Source of the DNA: Burkholderiaceae bacterium
GTDB lineage: Bacteria > Pseudomonadota > Gammaproteobacteria > Burkholderiales > Burkholderiaceae_C
NCBI GenBank assembly: GCA_965229345.1
Contig: OZ245872.1
Span: forward strand, 3,094,971-3,158,970
Length of the DNA: 64,000 nucleotides
Direction: 5' to 3'
Under the pieces are notes generated by a model. That model worked only from the letters and a program-made list of their open reading frames with translations, ran no database searches and had not been told where the DNA came from. Made by a program: the position numbers and the translations under genes. This document shows positions 36,949-47,388 of the stretch, piece after piece. Position 1 is the stretch's first letter; every line of letters begins with the position of its first letter.

Positions 36949-37752
36949 GTGCTTGCCAGGGCGCGTGCCGCCTGGCGGCGCTGGCATGAAGAGAGGGCCT
37001 GTCGCCGGCACGCGATCCCTGAAGCGCTGTGGCAACTGACGTTGGCACGCTACCCCTTCCTGGGCTGGCGATCGGCTGAGCAACTGGACCGGTTGCGGCG
37101 GCTTGCCACCTTGTTCCTTGCGCGCAAGGAATTCAGCGGCGCGCACGGCCTGGTGGTCACTGACGAGATGGCAGTGGCGATCGCAGCGCAGGCGGTGTTG
37201 CCAGTGTTGAACCTCGAAGCCGGGTTGAAGCTTTACGCGGGGTTCATCGGCATCGTGCTGCACAGTGATGTGGTGGTGGTGCCTCGCCAGATCACGGACG
37301 ACGACGGTGTGGTGCACGAATTCGATGAAGAGCTCGCGGGCGAAGCCATGCAGGATGGCCCGGTGATGCTGTCGTGGCGCGACGTGGAGGCTGCGTCAGA
37401 CGAATCGGGGCCAACCGACTGGGCCTACAACGTGACGATCCACGAATTCGCGCATGTCATCGACATGGCCAATGGCGCGGCGGACGGGCTGCCACCGCTG
37501 GCCGACCGCAGCGCGCGAGAACACTGGCGCGAGGTGATGCAGACAGCGTATGCCGACTTCCGCGCGCAGGCCGAAGCGCAACACTCGACGTCGATGGATC
37601 CGTACGCCGCCGAGTCGATGGCTGAGTTTTTTGCGGTGAGCGTCGAGACCTTTTACGTGCAGCCCCTGGAACTGCAGCTGGAATCGCCGCAGGTCTATCG
37701 CCTGTTCGCCGACTACTTCCGGGAGGATCCGGCGGCCCGCTCAGCTCGGTGA
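36949..37752 (+). CDS. M90 family metallopeptidase (MtfA-like)
   Basis: The zinc motif IHEFAHVID sits in a ~267-aa protein collinear with MtfA. Confidence 0.7.
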   Translation: MLARARAAWRRWHEERACRRHAIPEALWQLTLARYPFLGWRSAEQLDRLRRLATLFLARKEFSGAHGLVVTDEMAVAIAAQAVLPVLNLEAGLKLYAGFIGIVLHSDVVVVPRQITDDDGVVHEFDEELAGEAMQDGPVMLSWRDVEAASDESGPTDWAYNVTIHEFAHVIDMANGAADGLPPLADRSAREHWREVMQTAYADFRAQAEAQHSTSMDPYAAESMAEFFAVSVETFYVQPLELQLESPQVYRLFADYFREDPAARSAR

Positions 37753-37823
37753 GCCGCCGCGGGCATGAAAAAGCCGGGGCGTCTTGCGACCACCCCGGCT
37801 GAGTGCCATCTCAAGAAACGAGG

Positions 37824-40127
37824 TCAGGCGGTCGCCGACTCCGCTTTGGGCTTGTCGCTCTTCTTCGCCGGTTGGATGTCCAGCACGATCTTGCTGTCGG
37901 CATCGATGTCCACCGTCAGACGACCCCCATCGACCAGGCGGCCGAACAGCAGCTCGTCGGCCAGTGCACGACGGATCGTGTCCTGGATCAGGCGCTGCAT
38001 CGGGCGTGCGCCCATCAACGGATCGAAACCGTTCTTGGCCAGGTGCTTGCGCAGCGCGTCGGTGAAGGTGACATCGACCTTCTTCTCGGCCAACTGGCTT
38101 TCGAGCTGCAGCAAGAACTTGTCGACCACACGCAGGATGATGTCTTCGTCCAGCGCGCGGAAGCTGACCACTGCGTCGAGCCGGTTGCGGAATTCCGGGG
38201 TGAACATCCGCTTCACATCGGCCATCTCGTCGCCACGCTCGCGCGGGTTGGTGAAGCCGATCGTCGCCTTGTTCATGATTTCAGCGCCCGCGTTCGTGGT
38301 CATCACGATGATCACGTTGCGGAAGTCGGCCTTGCGACCGTTGTTGTCCGTCAGGGTGCCGTGGTCCATGACCTGCAGCAGCACATTGAAGACATCCGGG
38401 TGCGCTTTTTCGATCTCGTCGAGCAGCAGCACGCAATGCGGCTTCTTGGTCACGGCCTCGGTCAGCAAACCACCTTGGTCGAACCCGACATAGCCCGGAG
38501 GCGCGCCGATGAGCCGGCTGACCGCATGACGCTCCATGTACTCGCTCATGTCGAAGCGGATCAGGTCGATGCCGAGAATGAACGCCAGTTGCTTGGCGAC
38601 TTCGGTCTTGCCCACACCGGTCGGGCCGGAGAACAAGAACGAGCCAATGGGCTTGTCGGGCTTGCCCAGACCTGAACGCGCCATCTTGATGGCGGCAGCC
38701 AGCGCTTCGATCGCGGGTTCCTGACCAAACACCACGCTGTTCAGGTCGCGATCCAGGCTCTTGAGCTTCGAGCGATCATCATTCGACACGCTGGCCGGCG
38801 GGATGCGCGCGATCTTCGCGACGATCTCCTCGACCTCGTTGCGGGTGATGGTCTTCTTCTGCTTGCTCTTGGGCAGGATGCGTTGTGCCGCACCGGCTTC
38901 GTCGATCACATCGATCGCCTTGTCGGGCAGGTGGCGGTCGTTGATGAACTTGGCCGACAACTCGGCTGCCGCTTGCAGAGCACCCAGTGCGTACTTGACG
39001 CTGTGGTGTTCCTCGAAGCGCGACTTCAGGCCCTTGAGGATCTCGACCGTTTCCTCGACCGACGGTTCGATCACGTCGACCTTCTGGAACCGACGCGACA
39101 GGGCCGCATCCTTTTCGAAGATACCGCGGTACTCGGTGAAGGTGGTCGCGCCGATGCACTTCATCGCACCCGAACTGAGCGCGGGCTTGAGCAGGTTGCT
39201 GGCATCGAGTGTGCCGCCGGAGGCCGCACCCGCACCGATCAGCGTGTGGATCTCGTCGATGAACAGCACTGAATTGGGCTGTTCCTTCAGCACCTTCAAG
39301 ACACCCTTCAATCGCTGCTCGAAGTCGCCGCGGTACTTGGTGCCAGCCAGCAAGGCACCCATGTCGAGCGAGTACACCGTGGCGTTGGCCAGCACCTCGG
39401 GCACATTGCCTTCGGTGATGCGCCAGGCCAGGCCTTCAGCGATCGCCGTTTTGCCGACACCGGCTTCGCCCACCAGCAGCGGATTGTTCTTGCGCCGGCG
39501 GCACAGGATCTGAATCACACGCTCGACCTCGTGCTCGCGGCCGATCAGCGGATCGATTTTTCCGTCGCGTGCGAGTTGATTGAGGTTCTGCGTGTACTGA
39601 TCCAGCGGCGAGCCCTTCACATCGCCTTCTTCCTTCTCGCCGTCCGACGAGTTGTTGTTGTCAGCAGGCTTGACCGGCTCGGGAGGGTCCGACTTCTTGA
39701 TGCCGTGGGCGATGAAATTGACCACGTCCAGCCGGGTGACGCCCTGCTGATGCAGGTAGTACACCGCGTGCGAGTCCTTCTCGCCAAAGATGGCCACCAG
39801 CACATTGGCGCCGGTCACTTCCTTCTTGCCGCTGCCCGTGGACTGCACATGCATGATCGCGCGCTGAATCACCCGCTGGAAACCCAGCGTCGGCTGCGTG
39901 TCGACTTCGTCCGTGCCGCCGACGGTCGGGGTGTTTTCCTTGATGAACTGCGACAAGCTCTTGCGCAGGTCGTCCACGTTGGCCGAACAGGCGCGCAGCA
40001 CTTCGGCGGCAGATGGGTTGTCGAGCAGTGCCATCAACAGGTGTTCGACTGTGATGAATTCGTGGCGCTGCTGACGCGCCTCCACGAACGCCATGTGCAG
40101 ACTGACTTCAAGTTCCTGAGCGATCAT
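37824..40127 (-). CDS. clpA: ATP-dependent Clp protease ATP-binding subunit ClpA
   Basis: N-domain [31 protein letters not shown] and two AAA modules ([16 protein letters not shown]). Confidence 0.95.
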   Translation of the reverse strand: MIAQELEVSLHMAFVEARQQRHEFITVEHLLMALLDNPSAAEVLRACSANVDDLRKSLSQFIKENTPTVGGTDEVDTQPTLGFQRVIQRAIMHVQSTGSGKKEVTGANVLVAIFGEKDSHAVYYLHQQGVTRLDVVNFIAHGIKKSDPPEPVKPADNNNSSDGEKEEGDVKGSPLDQYTQNLNQLARDGKIDPLIGREHEVERVIQILCRRRKNNPLLVGEAGVGKTAIAEGLAWRITEGNVPEVLANATVYSLDMGALLAGTKYRGDFEQRLKGVLKVLKEQPNSVLFIDEIHTLIGAGAASGGTLDASNLLKPALSSGAMKCIGATTFTEYRGIFEKDAALSRRFQKVDVIEPSVEETVEILKGLKSRFEEHHSVKYALGALQAAAELSAKFINDRHLPDKAIDVIDEAGAAQRILPKSKQKKTITRNEVEEIVAKIARIPPASVSNDDRSKLKSLDRDLNSVVFGQEPAIEALAAAIKMARSGLGKPDKPIGSFLFSGPTGVGKTEVAKQLAFILGIDLIRFDMSEYMERHAVSRLIGAPPGYVGFDQGGLLTEAVTKKPHCVLLLDEIEKAHPDVFNVLLQVMDHGTLTDNNGRKADFRNVIIVMTTNAGAEIMNKATIGFTNPRERGDEMADVKRMFTPEFRNRLDAVVSFRALDEDIILRVVDKFLLQLESQLAEKKVDVTFTDALRKHLAKNGFDPLMGARPMQRLIQDTIRRALADELLFGRLVDGGRLTVDIDADSKIVLDIQPAKKSDKPKAESATA

Positions 40128-40480
40128 GCGGCCTCCATAATGCATTGCAACGGGTGGCCGCCACGTCGTGCAGCGGCCAACACCAACTCGACTTTCGTCG
40201 CAGCGACATCCTTTGAATAGGTGCCGCATACGCCTCGACCGTCATGATGAATCTTCAACATGATCTGGGTCGCGGCCTCGAGATCGCGATTGAAATACTC
40301 CTGCAGCACCACGACGACGAATTCCATCGGCGTGTAATCGTCGTTGAGCAAGACGACCTGGTACATGCGTGGGGGCTCGGTCTTCTGAGCCTGTCTCTCG
40401 ACAACGACTGAACCATGCCCGTCGTCGACTTGGGGCGTGACAACGGGGTTGGTGGGAGTGGGATTGTCACTGGACATCAT
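40124..40480 (-). CDS. clpS: ATP-dependent Clp protease adaptor ClpS
   Basis: [28 protein letters not shown]. The stop overlaps the clpA start. Confidence 0.9.
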   Translation of the reverse strand: MMSSDNPTPTNPVVTPQVDDGHGSVVVERQAQKTEPPRMYQVVLLNDDYTPMEFVVVVLQEYFNRDLEAATQIMLKIHHDGRGVCGTYSKDVAATKVELVLAAARRGGHPLQCIMEAA

Positions 40481-40715
40481 TTCATTCTATCGACATCAAA
40501 GACCTGCGCAGACGCTATGGGATATGGGACCTGCGCCAGAAATCACAAGGTGCGAAACACATCATTTACCCTGACTCGCTGCGGCGCAGATCCGACGGGC
40601 GTCCAATGGGTCAACATTGCCAGAAATCGGATTCGGCCTGATTGATAGAGCGAATTGACACCGGCAATGCCAAGGTCGCAAAATCGCAGTGTTTCTGATT
40701 CACTGGAGTTGCAGC

Positions 40716-40976
40716 ATGTTTACAGGCACGGTGAAGTGGTTCAACGACGCCAAGGGATTTGGCTTCATTGAACCCGAGGGCGGCGGAGACGATGTGTTCG
40801 CGCATTTTTCGGCCATTCAAATGGACGGCTTCAGGACACTGAAGCAAGGCAGCAAGGTCAACTATGAGTTGATCCAGGGGCCCAAAGGTCAATTGGCTCA
40901 AAAGATCTTCCCGGTGGACGCGATCAGCCAAGGTGTTGAAGATCGATCGGCTCAGGTGCAGTCTCTGACAACCTGA
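40716..40976 (+). CDS. cold-shock domain protein with a short C-terminal extension
   Basis: [15 protein letters not shown] (RNP1) and DVFAHFS (RNP2). About 18 extra C-terminal residues. Confidence 0.85.
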   Translation: MFTGTVKWFNDAKGFGFIEPEGGGDDVFAHFSAIQMDGFRTLKQGSKVNYELIQGPKGQLAQKIFPVDAISQGVEDRSAQVQSLTT

Positions 40977-41020
40977 CCGGCTGGGCCTTACAACCCTTCG
41001 GCCGACTCGGCAGTCGCCTC

Positions 41021-41046
41021 AAAACCCGCCATCCGGCGGGTTTTTT
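41021..41046. terminator. bidirectional rho-independent terminator
   Basis: AAAACCCGCC-ATCC-GGCGGGTTTTTT lies between convergent genes. Confidence 0.65.
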
Positions 41047-41153
41047 GTGCTCGGAAGTCTTCCGAAGGCAGCACCCTGCCGTGGATCAGCTCGGGCACCG
41101 GCTCACGCGCGGTGGTGGTGTGGACCGCCACCGCCGTGTGTGACCCCAAAAGG

Positions 41154-41498
41154 TCATGGATGGCGGGTTTGCGCGTCGTGCTTCTGACGGTAGATGCGCC
41201 GGCTGGCGACGTCCTGCCGCTTCTCGAGCGCGACGGCCTCTCGCGGCGTGATCTTCCCATCGGCTTCGGCGCGGCCTTCCGCACGGGCGATGCGCGACTG
41301 CTCCCGTTCGAGCCGACGCGCCTCGGGGGCGGTCAAGGCACCTGATGACACCCCCTTGTCGATGCGGCGCTCCTGTCGATCCTGGCGGTGGTCTACGCGC
41401 TGCTCGGCGGCTTGCGTCAGCGGCGTTTCGGCAAAGGCGCCTGTGCTGCTGACCACAAGCAACGCGAACAGCACCGGGTGGGAACGAAGAATGGACAT
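41154..41498 (-). CDS. secreted, charged helical protein of unknown function
   Basis: Signal peptide MSILRSHPVLFALLVVSSTGAFA followed by an Arg/Glu-rich sequence. Internal ATG of ORF 41154..41582. Confidence 0.5.
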   Translation of the reverse strand: MSILRSHPVLFALLVVSSTGAFAETPLTQAAEQRVDHRQDRQERRIDKGVSSGALTAPEARRLEREQSRIARAEGRAEADGKITPREAVALEKRQDVASRRIYRQKHDAQTRHP

Positions 41499-41740
41499 GA
41501 TGGCTCCTGTTGACAATGAGATGGTGAGTGAGATCGACAGCGTGACCGCAGGCAGCCACGTCACCCTTGAACCCTCAACCACCGGCCGGTCTTACTGCCC
41601 AGCGCCCACATCCGCCCAGACTGCAGGGACACTGAACAGGCAGCGTAAGAGCCAACCTCGGCGTGGGTTCAACAGTGTCTCGGCATGCCCCGCGCGTGCC
41701 GGGTGGGCAGATGACGAGACGGATGTACCGAGGATCCCCC

Positions 41741-42184
41741 ATGAGACGAACCCGATTGCTGTTGTGGTGTGTGGCACTGTGGCCCCTGTCACTGCTGTCG
41801 GCGCATGCAGCCCCGCCCGACGTGCCCGATCCAGCGGCATGGGCGGCGCTGAGCCCGCAAGAGCAGGCAGCGCGGCGCGTCGAATTGAAGCAGCGGCTGC
41901 AGGCCGCCACGCCTGCAGAGCGCGCCGCATTTCGCAACCGGCTGCGCGAGCGTCTCGAGGCCATGACGCCGGAGCAGCGACAGGCACTGGCCGGTCGCAC
42001 CCGCGAGCGCTGGCAGCAACTCAACCCTGACGAAAGGCAGCGCCTGATCAATGAGCGGCGTGAACGCGTCAAGGCCATGTCCCCCGAAGAGCGCCGACAA
42101 CTGATCCAGGAACGGCGAGACATCCTGGGCAAGCTCAGCCCTGAAGAACGCGCAGCGCTGCGCGAGAAGCTTCCAGCGCGGTGA
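41741..42184 (+). CDS. DUF3106-like periplasmic protein
   Basis: Signal peptide plus repeated xPEERxxL/ERWQ helical motifs typical of DUF3106. Lies upstream of an ECF sigma factor. Confidence 0.55.
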   Translation: MRRTRLLLWCVALWPLSLLSAHAAPPDVPDPAAWAALSPQEQAARRVELKQRLQAATPAERAAFRNRLRERLEAMTPEQRQALAGRTRERWQQLNPDERQRLINERRERVKAMSPEERRQLIQERRDILGKLSPEERAALREKLPAR

Positions 42185-42200
42185 TGCGCGCGATGACGCC

Positions 42201-42854
42201 ATGCACACGACCCAGGCCTGTCCGATGTCGCGCCTGACAGGCTGGCTGGACAGCGCCGCTGCGCGCATCCGCAGCCACACGGCCGCGCCTGCCGACGACT
42301 GGACGCTGTGGCGCGAGGCCTGCGCAGGCCATGCACAAAGCGCGCAGCAACTGGTGCGCGCACTCACGCCACCGGCGTATGGCCTGGCGATGCAACTGCT
42401 GCGCCGCAGCGAGGACGCTGAAGATGCAGTGCAGGACGCCTTCTTGCGTCTGTGGCGCAGCCACCCGAGCGACACCCACGGCGCAACGCTCTCGACCTAC
42501 TTCAACACGATCGTCATCAACCGCTGCAGAAGCCGCTGGACTTCGCAACGTGAAGACGCCACCGACCCCGAGACGCTCGCCGAACTGCGCGATGCACAAC
42601 AGGCCATCGAGGTGGCTGAGCACCCGGCCGCTCACCTGGCCGACTTCGGGTCTTCGAACGGCGGCGGTGCCCTGGCGGGAGGACTGGCGCGCCTGCCGGT
42701 GCGCCAGCGGATGGCCGTGGTGATGTGGGCCTATGCCGATGCTGATGTGCCCGACATCGCCCGCGCCCTCGACATCGATCCGAACGCCGCCCATCAATTG
42801 CTGCATCGCGCCAAGAAGGCGCTGCGCCTGCACCTCGAAGGAGCCTCGCCATGA
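42201..42854 (+). CDS. ECF-type RNA polymerase sigma-70 factor
   Basis: Region 2 EDAEDAVQDAFLRLW and region 4 LPVRQRMAVVMWAYADADVPDIARALDIDPNAAHQLLHRAKKAL. Confidence 0.8.
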   Translation: MHTTQACPMSRLTGWLDSAAARIRSHTAAPADDWTLWREACAGHAQSAQQLVRALTPPAYGLAMQLLRRSEDAEDAVQDAFLRLWRSHPSDTHGATLSTYFNTIVINRCRSRWTSQREDATDPETLAELRDAQQAIEVAEHPAAHLADFGSSNGGGALAGGLARLPVRQRMAVVMWAYADADVPDIARALDIDPNAAHQLLHRAKKALRLHLEGASP

Positions 42855-43213
42855 ACGACCACCCTGCCCCGGATGATCCACGCACCGATGCCGATGATCT
42901 GGCCATGCGCCTGCAACTGCGTGCGCTGAAGCCGCCAGCGGCCAAATCCGCCGCGCTGGCCGATCAGGTGCTCTCGCAATGGCGTGAACTGCACGGCGAG
43001 GCCGTCAGCGCAACCACTCGAATCGGCAGCTCGGGTGCAGCCGCGCTGTCTGGCGGGCATCCGACACGGCGCTGGCGATGGGTCGGCGTCACGACCGGTC
43101 TGCTGATCGGCGCCGTGATCGCCACGGTGGTGTGGGTGCAGCGCCCCGACCCGACTCTCGACGAATTGCTACAGGCCGATGTGTTATCGCAAATGGCGAT
43201 CGGCGAGTTGTGA
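42851..43213 (+). CDS. putative anti-sigma factor (single-pass membrane protein)
   Basis: Overlaps the sigma gene stop. One TM segment WVGVTTGLLIGAVIATVVWV. Confidence 0.45.
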   Translation: MNDHPAPDDPRTDADDLAMRLQLRALKPPAAKSAALADQVLSQWRELHGEAVSATTRIGSSGAAALSGGHPTRRWRWVGVTTGLLIGAVIATVVWVQRPDPTLDELLQADVLSQMAIGEL

Positions 43214-43259
43214 GTTGATGCGGTCGCGGATCAAGGCCGCGGTGTCCGCGTGTTCACGC

Positions 43260-44480
43260 CTACTCGACGGCGAGTGACAGCAGCGGGTCCGGCACGAGCT
43301 GCCCGCCCGCTGCCACGGCCCTGAACAACGCGTCGACCTGGGCTGTCACCGCATCCCATGACAGCCGCTCGGCGCTCGCCCTCGCTGCCAGGCCCATGCG
43401 CCGCGCATGCTGTGGATCGCCCACCAGCCGCTCGGCCTGGCGGATGAATTCAAGAGCGCGGCCGCAAGGGGCCAGCATCCCGTTGTCGTCGGACACGATC
43501 AGTTGCGCCGCGGCGGCATAGTCGTAGGCCAGCACCGGCAGGCCGCTGGCCATGGCTTCAGGCGTGACGTTGCCGAAGGTTTCGGTCAAGCTGGGGAACA
43601 CGAAGGCATCGGCCGAGGCGTAATGCAAGGGCAGCTCCTCGCCGGTGCGCGAGCCCGCGAGGATGGCCTCGGGGCACGCCGCCTGCAATGCCGATCGCTC
43701 CGGCCCATCGCCGACGATCACCAGCCGCGTGCGCGGCCGGATGCAGCGCATCGCCCGGTACGCCGACACCAGATCGCCGAGGTTCTTTTCCGGCGCCAGT
43801 CGGCCGACACACATCACCACCATGTCCTCGTCGCTCGCCCCCCATTGACGGCGCAAATCGGCGCTGCGTTTGGCCGGGTTGAAACGCACCGTGTCAACGC
43901 CGCGTGCGACCACGCTCAGGTCACGAAAGCCCTGCTGGGCCAGCTCGCGCCGCAATGATTCGGTGGGCACCATCGTGCACGCCGTTCGGCTGTGGAAATA
44001 CCGCAGATAGGCCAGCACCGGGCGCTTCAGCAGGCTGATGCCGTAGTGCTGCGCATAGGCATGGAAGTTGGTGCGAAAGTCCGACGACACCGGCACGCCG
44101 AGGCGCCGCGCAGCCTGCAGCGCCGACCAGCCCAGCGGCCCCTCGGTCGCGATGTGCACCAGGTCGGGTGGATGGTAGGACCACAGATCGAACAGCGCCC
44201 GGGTCTGCGGCAGACCCATCTTCAAATCGGGGTAGCGCGGGATGGGACAGCCCCGCATCAACACCTCTTCGTACGCTGCGGTGTGCACCGCAGTGTCGGC
44301 CGCGTGCTGTCGCAAGCGGATCAGTTGCACCTGGTGCTGGCGCGCACGCATGCCTTCGACGACGCGCGCGATCGTCATCGAGACGCCGTTGACCTCGGGC
44401 GGGTAGGTTTCGGTAACGAACGCCATGCGCAGCGGGCGATCGTTCGGGCGGGTCTCGTGGGTGGTCATCGCCGTCGACAT
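43260..44480 (-). CDS. glycosyltransferase family 4 (GT-B, group 1)
   Basis: N-terminal FVTETYPPEVNGVSM and the C-terminal E-x7-E region VFPSLTETFGNVTPEAMASGLPV. Confidence 0.8.
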   Translation of the reverse strand: MSTAMTTHETRPNDRPLRMAFVTETYPPEVNGVSMTIARVVEGMRARQHQVQLIRLRQHAADTAVHTAAYEEVLMRGCPIPRYPDLKMGLPQTRALFDLWSYHPPDLVHIATEGPLGWSALQAARRLGVPVSSDFRTNFHAYAQHYGISLLKRPVLAYLRYFHSRTACTMVPTESLRRELAQQGFRDLSVVARGVDTVRFNPAKRSADLRRQWGASDEDMVVMCVGRLAPEKNLGDLVSAYRAMRCIRPRTRLVIVGDGPERSALQAACPEAILAGSRTGEELPLHYASADAFVFPSLTETFGNVTPEAMASGLPVLAYDYAAAAQLIVSDDNGMLAPCGRALEFIRQAERLVGDPQHARRMGLAARASAERLSWDAVTAQVDALFRAVAAGGQLVPDPLLSLAVE

Positions 44481-44690
44481 CGTGGGCAGCCCCTGGTGGT
44501 CATGCCGCGATGGTGCCGATCGAATGCAACAGTTCGATGACGCTGTGTGACGGATCGCCATCAAGGACGCACCCGTTTGTGACTCACCACGCCGTCACGA
44601 GCTTTTCACGAGAGCACGTCACATTGCCGACTCGCAGCCGTGCGCGAATCCCGCGCACGCTGCGATCCGGTCCACGACACAGGAGCCCGC

Positions 44691-45299
44691 GTGAACGACT
44701 TCTTTCGCACCCTCGAGATCCAGCGCTGGGACGACCACCGCTACTACCACCACAGCCGCATCAACCAGTCGCTGCACCTGCTGAGCGCCATCAGTTTCGT
44801 CTGTGCGTATGCGCTGCTGTTCGTCGATCCGGCTGCGGCAGCATTGCTCGCGTGGCTGGTGTCGATGACGAGCCGTCAAGCCGGCCACTTCTTCTTCGAA
44901 CCCAAGACCTACGACCATGTGAACCAGGCCACCCACGCCTACAAGGAAGATATCAAGGTGGGCTACAACCTGCGCCGCAAGGTCGTGCTGATGGCGGTGT
45001 GGGCCGCGTCGCCGGTGCTGTTGTGGATCGACCCGACGTTGTTCGGTGCGTTCGAACCCGCGAGCTCATTCACCGAGTTCATGCGCCACATCGGCTGGAT
45101 GTGGCTGTTCATTGGCGCAGGCGGCCTGATCTTCCGTACCGTGCACCTGTTCTTCCTGCAGGGCGTGGTGGCGGGTCTGTCGTGGATGACGAAGATCCTG
45201 ACCGACCCCTTCCACGACATCAAGCTGTACTACAAGGCCCCGATGTACCTGCTGCGCGGAGAGCTGATCGACCCGATGACCAGCCATCGGCACGCTTGA
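44691..45299 (+). CDS. Mpo1-like (DUF962) membrane protein
   Basis: The H-x4-N-x3-H pattern in YYHHSRINQSLHLL is followed by TM helices. GTG at 44691 preceded by AGGAG. Confidence 0.4.
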   Translation: MNDFFRTLEIQRWDDHRYYHHSRINQSLHLLSAISFVCAYALLFVDPAAAALLAWLVSMTSRQAGHFFFEPKTYDHVNQATHAYKEDIKVGYNLRRKVVLMAVWAASPVLLWIDPTLFGAFEPASSFTEFMRHIGWMWLFIGAGGLIFRTVHLFFLQGVVAGLSWMTKILTDPFHDIKLYYKAPMYLLRGELIDPMTSHRHA

Positions 45300-45685
45300 T
45301 TTCTTGCGAGACTGCGGCGGCAGGCGGGGCGCTGGCGGGGCTTAGCTGCGCTGCTCGGCGTCGCAGATGCGCCCCGCCAGCGCCCCACCGGCCGCCTTGC
45401 TGCACAGACCGAAGTTCTCGACACGAAGAGTTCCCACAGCGGTGCCCGCGAGGCCGATGGCGGACAGCCGCGGGCGCGCCTCTTCGGTGCCGAGGAGCAC
45501 CGCGGCCCGAGGTCGCTGCGCGCAGCGCAGTCGGGTGCGCATGTCTGAGCCCGCAGGGCGAGTTTGCGCACCCGCCTCGGACCGCGAGCACCGCAGGGAA
45601 GTCGGCCTGCCGGGCCGACCACCGAAGCGAAGCGCCTACGGCTGTCTGCCGTAGGCCTCGCCCGATTCAACCGCCGACCGAAACG

Positions 45686-47341
45686 TCAGAACTTCGTCGC
45701 CAGCATCTCTTTCAGGATGCCACGCTTGATGGCCTTGTTGGTGAGGCCAGCTGGTGCCCACCACCAGCCGTCGGTCTGCATGGCCTGGCAGGCCGACACG
45801 AAGCGTTGCAACACCGCGTCGAAATCGGCCTCGCTGTAGTTCAGGCTGAAGATGAAGCGGCCGGTACCGACCCAGCTCAGCGCCAGGCCGGCTTCGCGCA
45901 GGTAGTACTGCAGCATCCAGTTGTAGCGCGACGGGGCGGTGTAGTACACGCTCCAGATCGTCGACAGGTTCGCCACCTGCACCGGCAGACCCAGCTCGGT
46001 CAGGCGGTGATTCATCCGCGCGGCGCGGCGGCTCCAGGTGGCATCGAGGTCGGTGTAGATCGCCTGTACTTCGGGCGTTTGAATGCGCTCCAGAAACACC
46101 TGCATCGCACCCATCACGTAGGGGTGCGAGTTGAAGGTGCCGCGGGCAAAGCAGACATCGGCGGGCTTGTCGTCGCGAAAGCGCTTCATCAGGTCGCGGC
46201 GGCCGCACACCACGCCGACTGGAAAGCCACCGCCGAGTGTCTTGCCATAGGTGACCATGTCGGCTTTGACGCCGAAGTACTCCTGCGCGCCACCGGCTGC
46301 GAGACGGAAGCCGACGAACACCTCGTCGAAGATCAGCACGATGCCGCGCTCGGTGCAGACCTCGCGCAACTGCTTCAACCATTGCGTGTAAGCCGCGCGA
46401 TCGAAATGCGCGCTGCGGCCACTGTCGAGCAGCGACGAATCGCCCGGCGCAGCCTTGTTCGGATGCAGCGCCTGCAGCGGGTTGACCAGCACGCAAGCGA
46501 TGTCGTGGCGGCTGCGCAAGACCTTCAGCGAGCGCTCGGCCATGTCGGTCAGTGTGTAGGTGCGATTCGGCGGCGACGGGTTGCCGATGCCGGGCTGCAC
46601 GTCCTCCCACCAGCCGTGGTACGCCCCGCAGAAGCGCACCAGGTGCGAACGTCCTGTGTGATAGCGCGCCAGCCGCACCGCCTGCATCACCGCCTCGGTG
46701 CCCGACATGTGGAACGAGACTTCGTCGAGCCCCGAGATCTCGCGCAGGCGCTGCACGTTCGAGGCGACACACGGGTGGTAAGCGCCGAGCACCGGCCCCA
46801 GGTCCTGCACGCGGGCGCTGCCCTCGGCCATGCACTGCTTGTAGAAGTCGACGCCGAACACATTCACACCGTACGAGCCGGTCAGGTCGTAATACACATT
46901 GCCATCGAGGTCGGTCACGGTGACGCCCGATGCCGACTGCACGAAGCCGCCGGTCTTCACATGCTCGCGCAACAGGCCTGCGTATTGGTAGGGCACGCGG
47001 TAGGCGCTGGTGAACTGCAGGTCAGATACGCCGACCTGCGTCTCGGCGGTCAGCGCGATCGACTTCGGCGCACGTTCACGCAGCGTCTGCCCCAGGCGCT
47101 GCAAGGCCGCGCGGCGCCGATCGGCGATCTCGGCCGGTGCGTCGTCGGAGTTGAAGAATCGGTCGTCGCCGTAGGCATAGAAAGGCACCCACTTCGCCAC
47201 CCGCTTGGCCATGCGCGAATGGCCAGCCAGCGAGCGGTGCTTGGCACGCGACAACTCGAGCCGGCGTTTGGCCGCAGGCAGCCACGGCGCCAGGGCGACC
47301 GCGGCCAATGCATACATCCACAAGGTCTCGTCCATGGTCAT
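45686..47341 (-). CDS. class III aminotransferase (glutamate-1-semialdehyde aminomutase-like) with N-terminal membrane anchor
   Basis: FHMSGTEAVMQAVRLAR, IFDEVFVGFR and TYGKTLGGGFP (PLP lysine). N-terminal hydrophobic segment LWMYALAAVALAPWL. Confidence 0.8.
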   Translation of the reverse strand: MTMDETLWMYALAAVALAPWLPAAKRRLELSRAKHRSLAGHSRMAKRVAKWVPFYAYGDDRFFNSDDAPAEIADRRRAALQRLGQTLRERAPKSIALTAETQVGVSDLQFTSAYRVPYQYAGLLREHVKTGGFVQSASGVTVTDLDGNVYYDLTGSYGVNVFGVDFYKQCMAEGSARVQDLGPVLGAYHPCVASNVQRLREISGLDEVSFHMSGTEAVMQAVRLARYHTGRSHLVRFCGAYHGWWEDVQPGIGNPSPPNRTYTLTDMAERSLKVLRSRHDIACVLVNPLQALHPNKAAPGDSSLLDSGRSAHFDRAAYTQWLKQLREVCTERGIVLIFDEVFVGFRLAAGGAQEYFGVKADMVTYGKTLGGGFPVGVVCGRRDLMKRFRDDKPADVCFARGTFNSHPYVMGAMQVFLERIQTPEVQAIYTDLDATWSRRAARMNHRLTELGLPVQVANLSTIWSVYYTAPSRYNWMLQYYLREAGLALSWVGTGRFIFSLNYSEADFDAVLQRFVSACQAMQTDGWWWAPAGLTNKAIKRGILKEMLATKF

Positions 47342-47388
47342 TCAGAAGTTGCAACCCCCAAGAAATAACCCACCCGCGTGACACCGAC

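Noticed and set aside
37765-40220. Several + strand ORFs (37765..38493, 37803..38675, 38761..39513, 39531..40220)
   Set aside because: All are antisense to clpA.
44510-47368. 952-aa ORF on the + strand
   Set aside because: It runs antisense to the well-supported aminotransferase (45686..47341) and across the Mpo1-like gene frame and a non-coding gap. The sequence is Arg/Ala/Pro/Gly-rich with no motifs. This is a typical high-G+C stop-free artefact.
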